DNA of 64,000 nt from Macrostomum lignano (Eukaryota), in assembly GCA_002269645.1 (NCBI GenBank), contig NIVC01002128.1, positions 1 through 64,000 of the forward strand, read 5' to 3'. Positions 57,895 to 64,000 of the stretch are shown here, one piece after another. The notes beneath the pieces were generated by a model. That model was given only the letters and a program-made list of their open reading frames with translations. It did no database searches and was not told where the DNA came from. Numbering within the stretch: the stretch's first letter is position 1; each line of letters opens with the position of its first letter. The translations under genes and the position numbers were made by a program.

Positions 57895-59641
57895 TATAAG
57901 AGATGAGACAGAGGATCGATGAGAGAGGATCAAGAGGAGAGATTAGAAAGGATAGAGAAGAGAGGAGATAAGAGGGGGAGAAAGAGGAGTAAAAAAGAGG
58001 AGATAGAGATGAGAGAGACAGTTGAGAAAGAAGACAGGAGAAAGGAGAGATGATAGAGTAAAGGGAAGAGAAGAGAGGAAAGAAATGAGATTGTAGAGAT
58101 GAGAGACATGGAAGGAGAGATGAGAGAGTAGAGATGAGAGAGATAAAAGAAGAGATGAGAGAGTAGAGATGAGAGATGAAGGAGGAGTAAGCAGAGTGCA
58201 GAGAGACGATAGAAGAGAGTAGAGGGGAGAGAGTATAGAAGAGGGAAAAAATGAGAAGAGAACTAAGGAAAAAGAGGAGTCAGAAGAGGGGAAAGAGAAG
58301 AGTACACAGGAGTGAAGAGTAAAGATGACAGAAGAGAGAGGGAATGAGAGAGCAAAGATGAGGGTGAACACGATATATGAGAGGAGAGAGGAGAGAGAAG
58401 AGAGAAGACAAGAGAGGGAGAGGGAGAGAGTATAGAAGAGGGAGGAGAAGAGAAGAAAAGGAAGGAAAGGAGAAAGGAAAGAGAGGAGTCAAAAAGAGGG
58501 AAAAGAGAAGATTACAGAGAAGAGAGGTGAGAGAACATACGAGTATAAGAGAGTAAAGATGACAAATGAGAGATGGAGAGGAGATGAGAGAGAAGAGACG
58601 AGAGACGAAAGAAAAGTGAGAAAACAGAAGAGAAGATAGAAGTTTCAAAGGATGCAAGGGACATAGGGAGAGGCAGAGGTAGAGGCCAGAGTTTTCCTGA
58701 CATTCTGCGTGGCACCCCAGCCAACAATATCAATGTTTGCCTCCAATCCTAACTTTACACGAATGCACTCTATGTTATGTTTAACTGTATCCTAACTCAG
58801 ATTTTAGAATATATGCAAAAATAGTTCCTGGGATTGGAATTCCCCGGTTTCAAAATCTGCGGGTTTCAACAGCTTGTTGTATTATAAAGGTTATGTATTC
58901 TGTTCTGCATCATTCTAAATGACAGAGTGCTCAACTTTAGGAGCATCATTTTTCCGGCAGTCATTTTGCTGGCAGTCAAATTGCCGCTGTCATATTGTCG
59001 GCAGTCAAATTGCTCGGCAGTCAAATTGACCGCAGTCAAATTTTGGCAGTCAAATTGTGGCATTCAATTGTCGTAGACTCCTTATACTCGTATAAAAAAC
59101 GGCTGAACAGATTTCAATGAAATTTGCACTGTTCAATTAAATTTTTTTAAATGACGGTACGTGTGTTGTGACTAAGAAATTGCTGAATTCTGAAGGCTAA
59201 ATGCTAGCCATGCTTTTTCCCAAAAATGAAATGTTTTTTTAGAAAAAACATGCTTTTTCAAAAGTCTAGCAGACTTTCCAACCTAAAATGCTTGGTAAGA
59301 ATGCTAGAGAAAAAACTAAGATTCCAAACGGCGCTATGCAATTTTAAAGTTAGTCTGCTTTTTGTCTCGAAAACTGGCTTAACAAGTCTTGGACTGATGC
59401 CAAAGGATCTGCGTCGAAACAACCAGCTTAGTGGGTGGTATCATCCTGCTACACTCTGTAGACTTTAAATCTTTTTTATTTTCAATCAAGGGCTCATCAA
59501 AGAATCCAGCTCAGGGCTACCGCTTAGATGAGAGAGGAAATGAGAAGGAATTGAGAGAGAAGAGGAAAGAGGAGATAAAAGATAATATGAGAGAAAAGAG
59601 ATAAAAGAGATAAGAGAGTAGAGATAGAGATGAGGGTAGAA

Positions 59642-59715
<74 letters not shown>

Positions 59716-60200
59716 AGGAGGAATAAGAGAGGAGAAGACGGGAGAGAAAAGAGGAGATATAAGATAGGAGAGATGAGAAATGAGAGAGGAGAGAGAAGAG
59801 ACGACATACGTATCATAGTGTATATGAGATATAAAGGAGGAGAAAGAAGAGGGGATGGAGAAGCGAGAGGAGAGGAGAGGGGAGAGATGAGTAGAGATGA
59901 GTGAATAGAGAAAAAGAGGGACAAGAGGAGAGATGAGAGACTAGAGAGGGTAGAGAAGATGAGAGAGCAAAGTGGAAAGAGAAGAGGAGGGATATGAGAG
60001 ATGAGATAGGAGAGAGAAGAGAGAGGAAAGAGAATTGAAAGAAGAGACGAGAGACGACAAGGGAAAGGAGAGAGAGGAGAGACTAGAAAAAGAGATATGA
60101 TTGTAGAGATAAAAGACTAGAGAGCAGAGATGAGAGAGCAGACACGAGAAATAAGAGAGGAGAGAGGAGACAGATGAAAACATTGAGGAGAGGAGAGAAG
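57895..60200. repeat. GA-rich low-complexity tracts (57895-58620; 59525-60200 including (GA)n)
   Basis: Purine-only composition; source of spurious L/S/F-rich antisense ORFs. Confidence 0.9.
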
Positions 60201-61155
60201 GCCTCAAATCTTAATTCAGTAATCAGTTCAACTCGAAATTACTCCAATTTTGTTTACCTCTATCCTAAATATTGACAAGTTTCTGCTTGAGCATGAGTTC
60301 GGATTCAAGAATTTATGAAAAATAGTCCCATGGGTAGGAATACAGCGAGATTCGTGGTTTTAACAGCTTGGGTCAAGCACAAGGGAAGCGTCATGTAAAA
60401 CATAAAAAGCGTGTAGTAAAACATAAAGCGTCTTCTCTATAAGTTTCGTTGGGAATGCTAAGATGTCAAGGCTCATAAAAAATGTCTGAAATTTAAAGGC
60501 CTACGAGAAAATTCATAAGATGTCAAGCATTCGGGGAGATTTTAAGGCTTACAGGAGCAATTGTTGAGATATTAAGGCTTTCGAGTGGATAGCTGATATG
60601 TCAAGGCTGAGAGGCTAGAAGCTCCGAGTACATATAGTTTATACAAATATTTTTATTCCATTTTTTTGACTCCAAAACGAAAGCAGTATTGTCTAAACCG
60701 TGCTTTGCGCTGTACAAAAAGGAAGATTTTTGCAAAATTTCTATGTTGAGCATTGCCCCTATCCAGTAATAGCTTTTCAACTCTTCAGTTTCAACTCTCC
60801 AAAAAAAAGTATGTCCTGCAAATTTCGTGTTGAATACTCTCTTCGCGTACAACACTTTTTAAATTCCCGTTACGTCGGAAAAATGTTTTCATCAGCTTTA
60901 AAAATGTTAGGTTTTCTTTTGCTTACTATTATTAATCAGGAGAACAATAAAATATACATAAAACATAAAACATTACATAGTTGCTTAGTGAAAAAATGAA
61001 AGCCTGCTGTCTCGATAATGCTTATTGCGTCTAAACTTGTACAGTTTTCGAGTGCAGCGTTTCTCTGCTTATTTAAATTTAGATATCTATGTACTAGTAC
61101 CAAGTACAGTCATGGTTGGAAGTTCCACATATTTACATCAATAATTTTTCTTCAG

Positions 61156-61500
61156 CTTGTTACAAACCTGGAAACATGACAGTAACGAAAACGAGAGGCT
61201 ATATACGGAGTCACTACGGTGTTTTTTACGGTCCTTATGCTAACAACATGGACTGCTACTGGCACATAAGCGTTCCTGTCGGACAGAGAATCGCCTTTCG
61301 TTTTGGCTTCTTCCATACACACAGAAATGCTATAGTAACAGTGCTTGATGGCTCCAACGGTTCAACCATTCTACTCAGTACTGAAATCTGGTTTGGTGGC
61401 GTTATTGTATCCTCAGCAAATACAGCCACAGTGCGGTTCACCACGGACAGTGTCCGAACAGGAAATGGATTCTTCATGCATGTTAGAGAAGTTGACAACA
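61156..61500 (+). CDS. Gene 2, CUB exon (close paralog of exon A)
   Basis: ttcttcAG...GTAAGC; 345 nt, phase 1-1; shares NNMDCYWH.SVPVGQRIAFRF and VIVSSANTATV with 11223-11567. Confidence 0.92.
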
Positions 61501-62125
61501 GTAAGCAAGGCCTTCATTAATTCATATGATTTAAAACATTGCAATTAAAAAAAATTGATAGGCATTCAAGTATCTTTCGTAGTAAAAAGTACGAAAAATG
61601 TTTTAACAGCCGCATGGTACGAGTATAGTCCCCTTGGATAGCGATGTCGCTCCTTGGATAGTGATTTACTAATAGGGACCCTTTTCACAGATTTTAACGA
61701 TCATTGCGACCATTAATATTTATTCATAAAACCCAAGAATTTTTTTGAAAAAAATCTTGCTTTCAATTTGCAATAAAACTTAACAAAGTGTTTCGAACCG
61801 AAATGAAAAACAAATCTTATCAACAGTTCGCTAGCGTTAAAAAGATATGAATTGATATTGTTGCAGTGAAGATCAACAAGGGTCAGCTAAATTGCAAATT
61901 TATTCAAACTTTAGACCTTACCCAGTGAAGCAATTCCTATACGCTCTACTATACATTTTATCTTACGCCCCTTCGATGCGCGTCTAGCGCCCTAGCGCAC
62001 AATTTGTCCAGTCAGGGCAACTGCGTTTACCCTGCGCCCTTTGAACTGTCGAATAAATAATAATGGGATATCCTATTTACTCTACTTATACTTATGTATC
62101 CACGGGCCATATTAATGGATCCCAG

Positions 62126-62600
62126 CCTGCACCCTGCTGCTCCCCCGCCCTGCTGCTCCCCGCCCTGCTGCTCCTCCGCCCTGCTGCTCCTCCGCCCTGC
62201 TGCTCCCCCGCCCTGCTGCTCCTCCGCATTGCTGCTCCTCCGCCCTGCTGCTCCTCCGCCCTGCTGCTCCTCCGCATTGCTGCTCCTCCGCCCTGCTGCT
62301 CCTCCGCCATGCTGCTCCCCGCCCTGCTGCTCCTCCGCCCTGCTGCTCCTCCGCCCTGCTGCTCCTCCGCCATGCTGCTCCCCGCCCTGCTGCTCCTCCG
62401 CCATGCTGCTCCTCCGCCCTGCTGCTCCTCCGCCATGCTGCTCCCCGCCCTGCTGCTCCTCCGCCCTGCTGCTCCTCCGCCATGCTGCTCCTCCGCCATG
62501 CTGCTCCTCCGCCCTGCTGCTCCTCCGCCCTGCTGCTCCTCCGCCCTGCTGCTCCTCCGCCCTGCTGCTCCTCCGCATTGCTGCTCCTCCGCCCTGCTGC
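62126..62600 (+). repeat. GC-rich minisatellite (CTGCTGCTCCTCCGCC-type, 15-21-bp units)
   Basis: Read directly; open in several frames. Confidence 0.95.
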
Positions 62601-64000
62601 TTCAATAATTTTTTTTAATTCTAACTGCAACCAACAATTCCCTAAGATTCAAAGACAGTCAATATTAGAAAATCAAGTACAAAATCAGAAATGTTAAAGG
62701 GACAATCGCTTTATTTTCCATCTTGGAAACACTGCCACGACTCATAGTTGAGTAATATGTAATTTGTAAACGGAATTGTAGTTTTGCCATTTAAAACTAA
62801 TAGAATTTTTACATCTTACAGTTACAGCTACATTTTCTAGTTACGGTGAAAAGGGCTATGCTCCGTCAAGAACATCTGGGAGCTACGCTAAGAAGGCTAG
62901 TGCATTTTACAATGATTATTAAGATAAGCATCAGGTTAAGCCGTGGTTTCGGCTTCAGCAGCCGCAGCAGCATTTCCAGGGAGCGCCGCCGCTGAACTAC
63001 TGGAGCTTCCACCGGCCTTCCCGTCTGGTTGCCTTGGGACCCCAGTCGCTTTAGCATCCATGGTGGACGCCGCCGCTTTGGCCTCCGCAGCTCCCTTCTT
63101 GGCCTGCCTTGTGGAGCGTTGCTTAGCGCGTTTGCGCTCAATCAAGAAACGACGGTCAGTTCCTAGCCGGTGGAGCACAGGAAACACGGGGGAAGCAGCC
63201 GAGTGAACCAAGCGGTCTGGAGCCCGAGCGGGCCAAAAACACCGGTTTAAATAGCCGCCAACTGGACCACAGTTTGTTATAACGGAACACGTCGATTCTG
63301 ATTGGCTGAGCCGTTTTGTTAAAATGAGCGCCGAATTTTCTGATTGGCTAAGCTTGTTGCTACCCAGAATCACGTGACCGAGAGATCCTATCAGTTCCCA
63401 CAGGGTCATAAAAAGATGACAGGTGCGGCCATAAATCAATCAAAATCGCAACAAAATGATTTATGACTTTTCGCGTAGGATTGACAGAAATTAATGAGAA
63501 AATATTCATTAGAAAGCTCTTATTAAATAGAAGTTGAAGATAATGAAGAGAAATCGCTAATCGCTAATCCCAAAGTACTTTTAGGGGTAAAACGCATAGC
63601 TGTCAAAGCTGTCACACTCATGAGTGAATCCGAACAATAGGCTCTGACCTCATAAATCTGATGGCCTGTCAAAATGATGAGAATAAAGCTGCTATTCGCA
63701 TCCCCTCAGAGCACCTGGCGCCAGTCTCAACACTGAGTGAGGCGCAGGCGGCTGTCAGACCGGCTTCGAAAGCGATGATTTATGACCCAAAAAGCTGCGC
63801 CTATGTTATTATGACTACTAGTATGACCAAACTATATATCTAGTAAAGATTCTAAGTTGATTCGCAGAAAACGGAAAAAAATGCCCCTAGCCTACTTTTA
63901 GTAAGCAAGTGAGTTTAGAGCCCATGTGCTAGCGCGAGATTTGGAAAAAAGGGCGTCCTCATCAATAGGAGCGAATTGCAACTTTCCGGGTTGTAAGTTC

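Larger units (their letters stand above)
53624..59080. mobile_element. Mutator-like foldback element (long TIRs with 15-bp subrepeats, GA-rich core), interrupted by a Gypsy
   Basis: 9-bp TSD CTTATACTC. Termini GGGTGCACGACAATTGA / GAGTCTACGACAATTGA. Arms 53624-53910 plus 57474-57640 vs ~58740-59080 inverted. Confidence 0.8.

Noticed and set aside
62027-62630. Cys/Pro-rich and Gly/Gln-rich ORFs
   Set aside because: Minisatellite open on both strands; no splice or codon support.

Overview
Animal nuclear DNA: intron-rich, repeat-dense, with GT-AG splicing and (TAACCC)n tracts. Its style is compatible with an invertebrate such as a free-living flatworm, but the species is only an inference. Host genes are all on the + strand. 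(i) The 3' 12 exons (~924 codons) of a type-I membrane receptor at 11223-29394: 6 CUB domains, 2 duplicated Ser/Thr stalk exons, a TM helix and a Tyr-rich tail. (ii) A small signal-peptide/EGF-like/TM gene with a frameshifted EGF exon at 31148-32358. (iii) Four CUB exons of a paralogous gene at 51398-61500, probably continuing past the window. Most of the rest is nested mobile DNA: a head-to-tail Helitron-like array (1-10281), a satellite-loaded Helitron-like element, two ~2.2-2.7 kb solo LTRs, a decayed DIRS/Ngaro element, a Crypton-type tyrosine recombinase fragment and a Mutator-like foldback element. There is also a near-intact young Ty3/Gypsy element (37153-47122) and two one-LTR Gypsy-type derivatives. 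The top candidate novelty is a complete cold-shock (OB-fold) domain in the young Gypsy Gag-Pol, between the CCHC knuckle and the protease, the same domain pairing as Lin28 in reverse order. Also notable are two TSD-flanked elements that keep only the last 7-8 bp of the 3' LTR, and two 42/57-bp hairpins with 7-bp TSDs resembling P-element excision footprints. All calls were made by eye with no database searches.
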